Shown here piece by piece: positions 25,300 through 34,200 of a stretch of 43,447 nt of DNA; within the stretch, counting starts at the first letter, position 1; each line of letters opens with the position of its first letter. The DNA comes from a virus (Duplodnaviria > Caudoviricetes): the IMG/VR virus record IMGVR_UViG_3300044708_000152, positions 1 through 43,447 of that record, one strand, 5' to 3'. The notes under the pieces were generated by a model, which ran no database searches, had not been told where the DNA came from, and saw only the letters and a list, made by a program, of their open reading frames with translations. A program made the position numbers and the translations under genes.

Positions 25300-26177
25300 A
25301 GCGGCAGGCTGACCACCTCACTGAAGCCGATGCGGTTGATGGGAGCTGGACCATAGATCAGCGACTGGCGCGTGAACTCGCGCGCGGCCATTTCCTGTGT
25401 CGCCTGCAGGTTGCCCGCGGCGGCCGCATACATGTGTGAGGGGAACAGGTGCCAGGCTTCGATGTGGCCTGCGCTGGCGGCGTAGTCCAGGTCGACGTCC
25501 AGTTGATCGTTGTCGTCGACGGGACCGCTGAGGCTTTCAGTGCCATTGACCCACGTCCACGCCGGCCGCAGCGCGGTGGCCCACACATTCGCTGGTGCGG
25601 TGCTCCCACTGGTGCCGCGCAGCATGACGTGGCCCTGCTGCATGGTGGCTTCGAACGGCGCGTCGGCGTACGGCTTGTACCAGCCGTATTGCACGCGGAT
25701 GACCTGGCTCGGGTTGGTGATCCAGGGGTACTGATACGTCAGGTCGATATCGCCGTAGCCGCTGGTGATCAGCGCCGGCAGGGTGTCTTCCGAAAAGCAG
25801 CGTCGCAAGCCGGCCAGGACGGCCTGGCGCAGCTCCTGGTCTGGGTGGAGGTGGGTGAAGTCGGCGAGCTCGCTCGGATCCATGGCGCGGTACCAGTTGC
25901 GGTCGATGACCACGCGCCCCGCGCTGGCGTCGAAGCTCTGCACCATGCGCGTGCGGTCCTGCGGGTTGTATGCAGCGACAAGGCTCCCGTCGGACAGCAC
26001 GCCACGGCGCAGCAGCCACAGGTTCTCCGGACCGCCCAGCACCGCAGACGAGCGCAGTCCAGGCATATACGCCGAGCCCGTCGTCGACGTGGTCGGCACC
26101 GAAGAATCCTGCGCAGCCTGAAAGAACGGCCCCGTACGCCGTGCGACTTCCTGCTCGAGGCGCGCCAGTGTGATCAC
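25296..26177 (-). CDS. Head-tail adaptor/tail tubular-like protein
   Basis: 293 aa; N-terminal [12 protein letters not shown] helix; position after the capsid module. Confidence 0.55.
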   Translation of the reverse strand: MITLARLEQEVARRTGPFFQAAQDSSVPTTSTTGSAYMPGLRSSAVLGGPENLWLLRRGVLSDGSLVAAYNPQDRTRMVQSFDASAGRVVIDRNWYRAMDPSELADFTHLHPDQELRQAVLAGLRRCFSEDTLPALITSGYGDIDLTYQYPWITNPSQVIRVQYGWYKPYADAPFEATMQQGHVMLRGTSGSTAPANVWATALRPAWTWVNGTESLSGPVDDNDQLDVDLDYAASAGHIEAWHLFPSHMYAAAAGNLQATQEMAAREFTRQSLIYGPAPINRIGFSEVVSLPL

Positions 26178-26179
26178 GC

Positions 26180-26593
26180 TTATGCAGTCCTGAAGGTTGC
26201 GTCCGGAGTGGAGGTGGTGAAGCCGCCGGAGGTGACATTGATGCGGTAGTGGTAGAGCGTGCCGGTGGTGAGGCCGGTCAGGCTGGCGACAACCGCCCCG
26301 CTGCCCGCTGGCGGTGTGGCGGCCTGCGTCGATCCGTAGGCAGTTGTCGTGCCGTAGTCCACCGACATGCCGGTGCAGGCCTGGTCCACGATCCAGTTGA
26401 CCGTGGCCAGCGTGGCGGCGATGCCCGAGACGCCGACACCGCGGATGCGCGCGCCGCGGTACGAGGCCTTGCCGTCGTTGATCAGCCTGGCCACGAACGC
26501 CTCGTCAGTGAAAGCACCGACGTGGCCAGCTCCGTGGATGGTGGTCGGCACCGCCGAGTCCGCCGCGGGCGCCAGGAAGACGATGTCCGACAT
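26180..26593 (-). CDS. Fibronectin type III domain virion protein
   Basis: ATVNW...VDYGTTTAYG...LTGLTTGTLYHYRI...DATFRT. Confidence 0.85.
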   Translation of the reverse strand: MSDIVFLAPAADSAVPTTIHGAGHVGAFTDEAFVARLINDGKASYRGARIRGVGVSGIAATLATVNWIVDQACTGMSVDYGTTTAYGSTQAATPPAGSGAVVASLTGLTTGTLYHYRINVTSGGFTTSTPDATFRTA

Positions 26594-26805
26594 CAAGCAC
26601 CCTCTTCGGGTGGCGTGACGTTCTGGCCAGCCGGTGGCGTGATGCCGCTCCAGTCGAAGATTTCGACGCGCCCCGTATGCCACATCTCGATGACGTAGTC
26701 GTAGTCATCGGCGTCGAAATCTGTTTCATGGCCGCGACCGTAGACCGTGCCTTCCTTGCCAACCCGCGAATCAGGGGTGGACGCCAGGAACCTGCACCTG
26801 GCCAT
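26593..26805 (-). CDS. Small virion-associated protein
   Basis: TGATG coupling. Confidence 0.7.
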   Translation of the reverse strand: MARCRFLASTPDSRVGKEGTVYGRGHETDFDADDYDYVIEMWHTGRVEIFDWSGITPPAGQNVTPPEEGA

Positions 26806-27041
26806 CAATCCTTGTCCTTGCTCTTCGAGGGCTTGGTACTGGTGGCGTCTTCGCGGCCGGTGCGTGCGTTGTAGACGCCCTGCTGCTTGGCCTGCTCCTG
26901 CTCGACAGCGACATCGGAGACCTTCCCATCGGCGCGCCAGTCGCGGAAGACCTCGTCATCCACGTCCACCTCCACGCCCGCAGCGAAGACTTCACCGGTC
27001 TTGGGGTGGGTGACCGGCACCAGGGTGCGAACCTTGGGCAT
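26805..27041 (-). CDS. Small virion-associated protein (78 aa)
   Basis: Coupled ORF downstream of the capsid gene. Confidence 0.75.
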   Translation of the reverse strand: MPKVRTLVPVTHPKTGEVFAAGVEVDVDDEVFRDWRADGKVSDVAVEQEQAKQQGVYNARTGREDATSTKPSKSKDKD

Positions 27042-27215
27042 TTACTTCTTCCCCTTTCCCTTAGCGGTCCTGGGCAGCTTGCTCTCATCGGTGCCCTTCA
27101 GCTTCCGCTGCGCGTCTTTGGGGTCGAAGCCGGGGACGTTGCCCCCAGCCGCAGCTCCAAAAAAGCGGGCCTGGGCCTGGCTGACAGGCTTCTTATAGGC
27201 ACGTCCGCCGGGCAT
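27042..27215 (-). CDS. Small basic protein (57 aa, MPGGRAYKKPVSQAQARFF...KGKGKK)
   Basis: GGAG RBS; stop abuts the next start; Lys-rich. Confidence 0.7.
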   Translation of the reverse strand: MPGGRAYKKPVSQAQARFFGAAAGGNVPGFDPKDAQRKLKGTDESKLPRTAKGKGKK

Positions 27216-27217
27216 GG

Positions 27218-27304
27218 TCAGGCTCCAGGCTCGGGTGCCGGCTCGGGTTCTGGCTCTGGTTCGGGCGGAGTCGGTGGAACCGGAGGTTTGGGATCTTCTC
27301 GCAT
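27218..27304 (-). CDS. Pro/Glu-rich 28-aa ORF in frame with the capsid gene
   Basis: MREDPKPPVPPTPPEPEPEPEPAPEPGA*; begins one codon after the capsid TGA. Confidence 0.4.
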   Translation of the reverse strand: MREDPKPPVPPTPPEPEPEPEPAPEPGA

Positions 27305-27307
27305 GGC

Positions 27308-28318
27308 TCAGCCCTCGCCGCCCGTGGTGGCCTTCTGCTGGATAGCGAAGAACGGATAGCGCGACGCTTTGGTGGCCTGTTGGCGGTTGATGGGATTCGG
27401 AATCGCCCAGGCGAACCGCGCAGTCACGCGCAGCGCGACCATATCTTGCTGCATGAGGTTGTACTGAATGACAGGCGGCGAACCGTTGTCGGTGATGACG
27501 CCCGAGTCAAACATTTCCATGCTGATGTCGTCACGGATGGCGAGCATGGACTGGTCCCACTCTCCGCCGATCATGCTGTAGCCGGTGGCGCCCGTGTTGA
27601 AGCTCGCCAGGCCCGCGTTGGAGAAGACGATGGGCTCGCCGAAGAGGCTGCCGGTGTTGATCGCGGCGTTCGGGGTGCTGTTGTCGCCGACGAAGAGCAT
27701 GCCCTTGGTCGTGTCGCGCATGCCGCGGAGTTTGGCCTTGACCTGGCGGCGAGCCCAGAAGCCGGTCACGTCGTAGCCATCCGCCTCCACCAGGCCCATG
27801 GCGGTGTTGACGTCGTCGACGAAGTCGACGGTGGAGGTGCCCGCGATGACCAGGTTGCCTGCGGAGTTGGCGCCGGAGACGATGCTGGGCGGGAAGGTCG
27901 ACGGTGCGTTGGTGCCGAAGAAAATCGCGTCGTCCAGGGCGACGCCGAAGGCTTCGGTGATCTTCGGACGCGTCTGCGCCCAGAAGTCGTAGTCCATGTC
28001 GTCCAGGAGGTTCTTGGCGATGGGGACGATCACGGCCATTTCTTCGGCGTTCAGGTAGACATTGTCCCACTGGAGCGACGTCGTCTGCTTCATGCCGATG
28101 TCGCGCGCGTCCAGGCTGGCGCCGGTGATCCAGTACGCCACTGGCAGCTGCGACATGACCGGGATGCGCTGCTGGGCGCGCTTCATGCGGACGTGCGGCA
28201 TGAGCTGCAGCGCAGCACTCTTGACCTCGATGGACTGAACGATTTCCCGCTGCACTTCTTCAGGGATCAGCGGACCCGAGCCAGGCGTGGCACGGGAGGC
28301 GATGCTGTTGTACGGCAA
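27308..28318 (-). CDS. Major capsid protein (HK97 fold)
   Basis: LIPEEVQREI...MAVIVPIAKNLLDD...ALDDAIFFGT...NLMQQDMVALRVTARF. Confidence 0.92.
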   Translation of the reverse strand: MPYNSIASRATPGSGPLIPEEVQREIVQSIEVKSAALQLMPHVRMKRAQQRIPVMSQLPVAYWITGASLDARDIGMKQTTSLQWDNVYLNAEEMAVIVPIAKNLLDDMDYDFWAQTRPKITEAFGVALDDAIFFGTNAPSTFPPSIVSGANSAGNLVIAGTSTVDFVDDVNTAMGLVEADGYDVTGFWARRQVKAKLRGMRDTTKGMLFVGDNSTPNAAINTGSLFGEPIVFSNAGLASFNTGATGYSMIGGEWDQSMLAIRDDISMEMFDSGVITDNGSPPVIQYNLMQQDMVALRVTARFAWAIPNPINRQQATKASRYPFFAIQQKATTGGEG

Positions 28319-28374
28319 TCGAGTGAGCCCTCGTATCGAATGGGGCTCACTCTCGCGATTCGCTCAGCGCCGAG

Positions 28375-29130
28375 TCAGCCCGCAGTGTTGTGTCGCGCTC
28401 CCCCGACGCCGTAGTAGTCGCGGAGGATGTCGGCGACCTTTTTGTCAGATGCGCTCGGCGCGCTGGCCGGCAGCAGATCGGGATCGGCGAAGCCTTGACG
28501 TGACTCCGATAGGACCTGCTTGCGGAACGCGGGATTGCGGCGGAGTTTCGCCTCAGCGTCGCGTTCAGCCTGGGTTTGTGCCTGCTTCTGGAGGCTCTTC
28601 AACGCCTCTCGAACAATCAAGTTCCGTCCCTGCAAGCCGACTCCGGCGCCCTCGAGCTTCATAATCCGCTCGCGTTCGCTCATCGGCAGCATTTCCATGA
28701 GTGGGTCGATGGCGACCCGGTCGTGCTGCGTTCCGATATCCGCGAAGAATGACGCGAGGCCCTGCGTCTGCTGTTGCTGCTGCTCGGCTTCGCGCTCTCT
28801 CTGGGCGAATTGCCAGGGATCTTCATCCCGAAGCTTGCGGCGTTCAGCCGCCCTCGCCTCCTGGAGCCGCTTCGCTTCTCGGCGGTCGGTCTCAGCCTGG
28901 ATTCGACGGTCTAACTCCTCCTGGGTCAGCGTGAGCTTGCTCGACGCTTGTCCGTCCGTCCCCAGTTCCCCGCCATCATTCGGAGCCTCCGTGGTGCGTC
29001 GGTTGAGTAACCGATCCCACCAGTGTGGTGAAGACCCTTCCTTCGGCTCGTCGGAAACCGGTTCCGCCGCGACTGCATCGGGTGCGCTCTCGACACCCTG
29101 AGAAGGCGTGTTTGGTTGTTCGGGTTGCAT
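28375..29130 (-). CDS. Capsid scaffolding protein
   Basis: Acidic N-terminus, TQEELDRRI coiled coil; directly upstream of the capsid gene. Confidence 0.75.
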   Translation of the reverse strand: MQPEQPNTPSQGVESAPDAVAAEPVSDEPKEGSSPHWWDRLLNRRTTEAPNDGGELGTDGQASSKLTLTQEELDRRIQAETDRREAKRLQEARAAERRKLRDEDPWQFAQREREAEQQQQQTQGLASFFADIGTQHDRVAIDPLMEMLPMSERERIMKLEGAGVGLQGRNLIVREALKSLQKQAQTQAERDAEAKLRRNPAFRKQVLSESRQGFADPDLLPASAPSASDKKVADILRDYYGVGGARHNTAG

Positions 29131-29139
29131 GATAAGCGC

Positions 29140-30831
29140 TTAGCCTCCGAATTGGTACTTCATCCAGTCCCAAGGGGTTCCCGTGCCCGTCGTCGCGCCG
29201 ACGATGGGTCCCGTCGCCGGCGTGCCTGCCCCGCCACCGGGGTACATCTGCTGGTACGCGGGGTTGTACAGACCTGGCGTTGTGGGTGGCGGGGGCATGG
29301 CCACCGGCGGGAGCCCCTGTGCTTGCGCTGGAGCAGGCGCTGGAGCTGGGGCTGGGGCTGGGGCTGGCATCCCGCTGGGCATGTACCTGGTGCGGTTCAG
29401 CTGACCGGGCACGTCGATGGCCTGGAAGTTGGGCGGCGGCGTGCCGGTGGCCGCTGCCGCGGTGGGCGAGATGTACTTGAGCGCGTCCATGACCGCGTCG
29501 TTAGCCGTCTTGGTCAGGTCCGGCGCCTGGTACGTCACCGCGTTCGGGACCGCACCCAGCCCTGCGAAGTCGCCTTTGGAGGCAGCGGCACTGGCAGCCT
29601 CGAAGCCCGGGCCCACCCGCCCGTTCTGCATGCCCGCGAAGGCGCTGATGGCCTGCGTACCAGCCCCCAGCGCGGTCTGGTACGCGGCGCGTTGCATCTC
29701 GCTCTGATCTTTGGCCTGCTGGAATTGCGCAGCCTGTTGCGCGGCCTGGAGGCTCTGCTGCTGGGGTGCGACCTGGGCGTCGTACCAGGAGTTGTATTCC
29801 CTCAGCGCGTCGTCGGCGGTGTACTGCTTACCGGCGATGGTCTGACCGACCTTGCCCTGCACCTCCGCGCCCTTGGCCTGCATTAGCGACTGGATCTGAC
29901 CGACGCGCGCAGCGACCTCCGCCTGCGTCTTGGGGATGAACTCGGGGTTGATGCCCGCCGCCGACACCGCGCCGCTGTTCGGGTCGCGCTGCCAGATCGA
30001 CATGCCTGTCGGCGTGGTCTGCACCGTCGGCGCGTTGCCCTGGGCGATCTGCTGCTGGGTGCGCGCCGTCGAGGCCTGGGTGCCGGCGGTGGACGCTTCT
30101 GTGCCGGCCAGCGTGGCGGCCTGCTGCGCCAGGTCACCAGGCAGCTTGGCTTTAGTGACGTCGATGTTCTGCTGGATCTGCTGCGTTTCGGCGCCAGTGC
30201 GCTGGGTGGTCGCCTGCTGGCCGGCCGTCTGCGCGGTGGTCAGGCCGATATTGGCGGCGTCAACCTTTTCCTTCTCCGCCTGCGTCTTGTCGAACTGGCG
30301 CTGCTGCTGGCCCTGGGACTGATCGAACTCGTAAATCTTCTGTTTGAGCTGAGCTTCGCTGAGGCCCTGCGCTCGAGCGTCGAGCTGCATCTTCTGCAGT
30401 TCCGCGGACGTCATGTACCCGTTGCCTGCAGCAGCGTTCGCTTCACGCTCACCGCGGAGCGCCTCGTTCTTGTTGCGGTCGAGCGCCTTGTTGATCTCGT
30501 CGTCGGCGTTAGGGGTGTGCGCGGGGACAATCAGCTTGACGCCGTTCGGTGACGAGGGGTCCAGGACGTACCAGCCCGTGTCGGCGCTGCCGTACGCGGT
30601 CGGCTGCGCCGTGCTCGGCTTCGCCGCAGCGTTGGGGCTGGGCACAGTAATAATCGGGGAGTTCGTCGCCGACACCGGCTGTGACGCATCGAACTTGTCA
30701 TTCTTGATGACGATGTTTTCTTGACCCTGGGGCGCGCTGATGGCGCCCGTGCCGCCACCAGTCTGGATTGCAGCGAGGATGGCCTGGGTCTGCTCAGGCG
30801 TGAACTGCGTTGTCTTCGATTCAGCCATCAC
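29140..30831 (-). CDS. Internal virion (ejection) protein
   Basis: 563 aa, A/Q/T-rich and helical; GGAGG RBS. Confidence 0.6.
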   Translation of the reverse strand: MMAESKTTQFTPEQTQAILAAIQTGGGTGAISAPQGQENIVIKNDKFDASQPVSATNSPIITVPSPNAAAKPSTAQPTAYGSADTGWYVLDPSSPNGVKLIVPAHTPNADDEINKALDRNKNEALRGEREANAAAGNGYMTSAELQKMQLDARAQGLSEAQLKQKIYEFDQSQGQQQRQFDKTQAEKEKVDAANIGLTTAQTAGQQATTQRTGAETQQIQQNIDVTKAKLPGDLAQQAATLAGTEASTAGTQASTARTQQQIAQGNAPTVQTTPTGMSIWQRDPNSGAVSAAGINPEFIPKTQAEVAARVGQIQSLMQAKGAEVQGKVGQTIAGKQYTADDALREYNSWYDAQVAPQQQSLQAAQQAAQFQQAKDQSEMQRAAYQTALGAGTQAISAFAGMQNGRVGPGFEAASAAASKGDFAGLGAVPNAVTYQAPDLTKTANDAVMDALKYISPTAAAATGTPPPNFQAIDVPGQLNRTRYMPSGMPAPAPAPAPAPAPAQAQGLPPVAMPPPPTTPGLYNPAYQQMYPGGGAGTPATGPIVGATTGTGTPWDWMKYQFGG

Positions 30832-30861
30832 TTCCCTCCAAAATTGGATACAGTGCGCGGC

Positions 30862-31200
30862 ATGTCGGAAGAGTCACCCGAGCGCGATTGGGATGCGCTC
30901 CTCGAGCCTGAGAAGATCACCATCTGGGAGCAGCGTCGGCGCGAGCGAGCGCTCAAGGCCATGCGGCGTCGAGACCGCATCTGGACCGTGTTCACCTGGA
31001 TCGTGATCGGCGCCGTCTTCCTGATCTGGCTCGCGCTGTTTCCCTGGGCCACACGCGTACCGGGGCCGTGGAATTGGCTCACCTGGCCTGCCTGGATACT
31101 GCTGTTCCCCTCACTGCTGTTCGTCACCGTCGTCATCCTGCGTTGGCTAGAGCGTCGATTTCTTCCTGGTTCTGATCAGGAGTTGCTGCTTGAATCCTGA
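30862..31200 (+). CDS. Opposite-strand 2-TM membrane protein (moron; probably leaderless)
   Basis: -10 TACAGT 30849-30854 lies 7 nt before the ATG; two Trp-rich TM helices. Confidence 0.75.
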   Translation: MSEESPERDWDALLEPEKITIWEQRRRERALKAMRRRDRIWTVFTWIVIGAVFLIWLALFPWATRVPGPWNWLTWPAWILLFPSLLFVTVVILRWLERRFLPGSDQELLLES

Positions 31201-34200
31201 TCGCATCGCGCCGATTCTGCTGACGCTGGTAGCCCTCGAGGCCCTGCCCCAGAAGCTCCGGCGTCATCATCGTGCGCGCCACCTCGCGCGACTTGCTGTA
31301 AATACGCTCGATCTCCTTCGCCTTCTGCTCGTCTGGTAGCTTCTTCCACGAGTCGGTGTCGACAAGCGCTGTCAGGAGCGCGTACGCGAGCTGGCCAGAC
31401 TGCTCCTGGTAACGGCGCTGCTGGTCGTCGGTCAACTCCACGGGAAGTTTCCCGTTCAGGACGGTGATGTTCTTGTCGGGCGCGCCTGGCTCGACGCCGT
31501 ACGCGTCCTGGAGTCGGTGCAATTCGATCTCGACCGGGTCATCGCGCACGTGGCTGCTCGGGAAGGGGTTGAGGAAGGCATCGAGCCCGCTTTGTGGACG
31601 CTCCACGGGAAACCCAAAATTGTCCAACCGCTCGGGCACCGTATGCGACACGCCCGGCAGGTTGGCGGCAACCCCTTCGAGCACACTGTTCGGATCGCGC
31701 ACCGTGTTGTCGGTCATACGCGCCAGGCCGCGCAGCAGTGCTGAGCCAGGGATGGCATTGCTGGCGTACTGCGTCGCCAGGCGCTCGATCTGTTTGGTGG
31801 GGTCCTTGCCGCCGCTAGAGCCGTTCTGGAACAGGTCCAGCGTGTCGTACAACCCCTGCGTCCAGGTCTGATTCAGCAGGCCTTTGCCGGCCGCCAGGCC
31901 AGCCATGGTCGCTACCCCGCCGATGTCTTCGGGATCCTTGAGCTGCCCGCGCTTGACGGCGTCGGCGATATCCGCGGCTGAGCCAATCAGCGTCGAGTAC
32001 GGCTGCAGCGCCTGGTAGCTGTGCCAGTTGCCGGTGACCGGATCCTTGAAGGCGTACGGGAGTTTGCCCGAACGGTAGAAGGCGTCGCGCTCGGTCGGGT
32101 CATCCGGTGCGCGGCCGGTCAGGTTGTCGCCGGAGGCGGCGTAGGCGTACAGACCGCCCATGAGCGCGCTGCCCATCGCCGTGCGCGACATGCGGTCCGC
32201 CAGGTCGCCGGCGCCCGCTTCGCGCAGTGCTTGCCGCCCAGCCTTGGTGCTGAAGTCCGCGCCGATTTTCAGTGCGCCCAGCGGTGAACGCTCCAGCATG
32301 TACTTGGTGACGTTGATCGGCGTGCGAGTAAACGGCACGACGAACTTGAGCACAGGCCATTTATTCCAGGCGGCGTTGAGCTTGGAGGCGAACTCGTCGT
32401 TCTGTTGAAAGACGCGGTACTCCGCTTGCTTGCCGACGCTATCCAGCATCTCTTGCGTCGGTGCGCTGGTCAGGCGCGCGACCCGCTCAGCGAACGCATC
32501 GCCGCTCAGGCCTTCCTGCTTGGCGATGCGGTACGCCTCACCCCGCAGTGCGCCCGCGCCGTTGACGCCGCGGAAGAACTGGTCTTCTGCCTCGAGCGCA
32601 CGGCCGGGATAACCCAGCGCCTCGAGTGGCGTTCCGGCAAACGGCTCGTGCGTCAGGCGCGTGATCTCGCCACCTTTGCCTGGCGTGCCGTATTTCAGCG
32701 CGTCGAGCGTATCGCGCCAGGTGCCCGGATCGGCGATTGCGTCCTTCATGCCCTGCAGCTGGGCGATGGACTCGCCAGCGTAGCGCTGGCGCGGGCCGCT
32801 GTCGCCCAGCAAGCGCCTGGCGAGCGGATCGAAGGCCGCGGAGCCCAGGCTCTCCGCCGGTGTGCCGACTGCGGTCGCGGTGTTCGAGACAATGTTGCGA
32901 ATATGCGTCAGCGGATTCGAGAGCAGGTTGAAGTACCACAGCGCGGTGAGCTTGTCGGTGAAGGTATAGTTCCGCGCGATCTTGGCAAAGTTCGACAGTT
33001 TCTCCGGGTCGCTCAGGTCCACCTTGGACAGCTGAGACGCCCACTCCTCTGGCGTCATCTTGGCGTTGCCGGCCATCGTTTCGACCTGGCTAATCAGGTT
33101 CTTCTGCCCACTCATCGTGTCCGCGGACAGGCCTTCCAGCAGTGAGCCTGCCTTGGGCAGGCGCTTGCCGACCGCTTCCTGAAGCGCCTGGTAGCGCGCC
33201 AGCTCGCCCACCATCTCGGACACCGCCTGAGTGTTGCTCGTGTCGTAGCCCAGCTGTTGCTGAAGCCGCGCCAGACGACTCTGGGACTGCGTCATCGCCT
33301 CATCCAGTGCGCGCAGGGCGTCGGGGTTGTCGCTCCAGGCCTTCACTATGCGGCTGGAGTCCTCACCCGATGCCGCAGCCAGGCGCTGAATCGGACCGTC
33401 CAGCGAGGTGGTGCGATCAAAGGGGTTGGCGTGTGCGGTCTGGACCAGGTCCTGAACGGGTTGCGGGATGTAGCCCGGCAGTTTCAGTTCGGGCGGAGTG
33501 AATACGTCCGGCCCGGTCATGCGCGGGCCTTCACCCTCGCCCTTCGGCAGGCGCTCACTGCCGACCGGGAGCTCCTGACCCATGCCGCCCAGCGGCAGCT
33601 GGCCGGGCTGCGCGCCGCCGGGAATGTCAGGCCCGACACCAGGGCTCAGACGCTCGCCGCCTGTCACTAGCTCCTGGCCCATGCCCTCGAGCGGAGTCTG
33701 GCCAGGCATCGGCCGATTGGGCAGGTCGACGCCGCCGACGTCGGGCAACCGCTCGTTGCCCACCGGTAGCTCGCGGCCCATACCACCAAGCGGCAGCTGC
33801 CCAGGCGTTGGGCCCTTCGGCATCTCCGGGTTCTCCATGCCGCCGACTGCGATCATCGCCTTCTGATAGGCGTCACGGTCTTCCGGTGTCATCACCGACG
33901 GATCGACACTCAGGGTCAGCGGTGCCTGGCCTTTCATCGGAATGGACTGTGCGCCCGCCGTGCCCGCGTACTTGTTGTTCAGGTCGACAATCGTCTGAGC
34001 TGAGTCGGTCGGGCTCGAGCCTGACAGAAGCGCGCTGAGCACGCCGCTGGCGACCGGGATGTTCTTGTCCTGAAGATCTCTGGCGAGGCTTGCTCGCGTC
34101 TCAGGTGACATCACGTCCGCTGCGCTCTTGATCGCGTCGCCGACGCCGGTGAGGTGCGGGGTGGTGACAGCATCCAGGACCTGCTGGTCCAGGCCACTGG

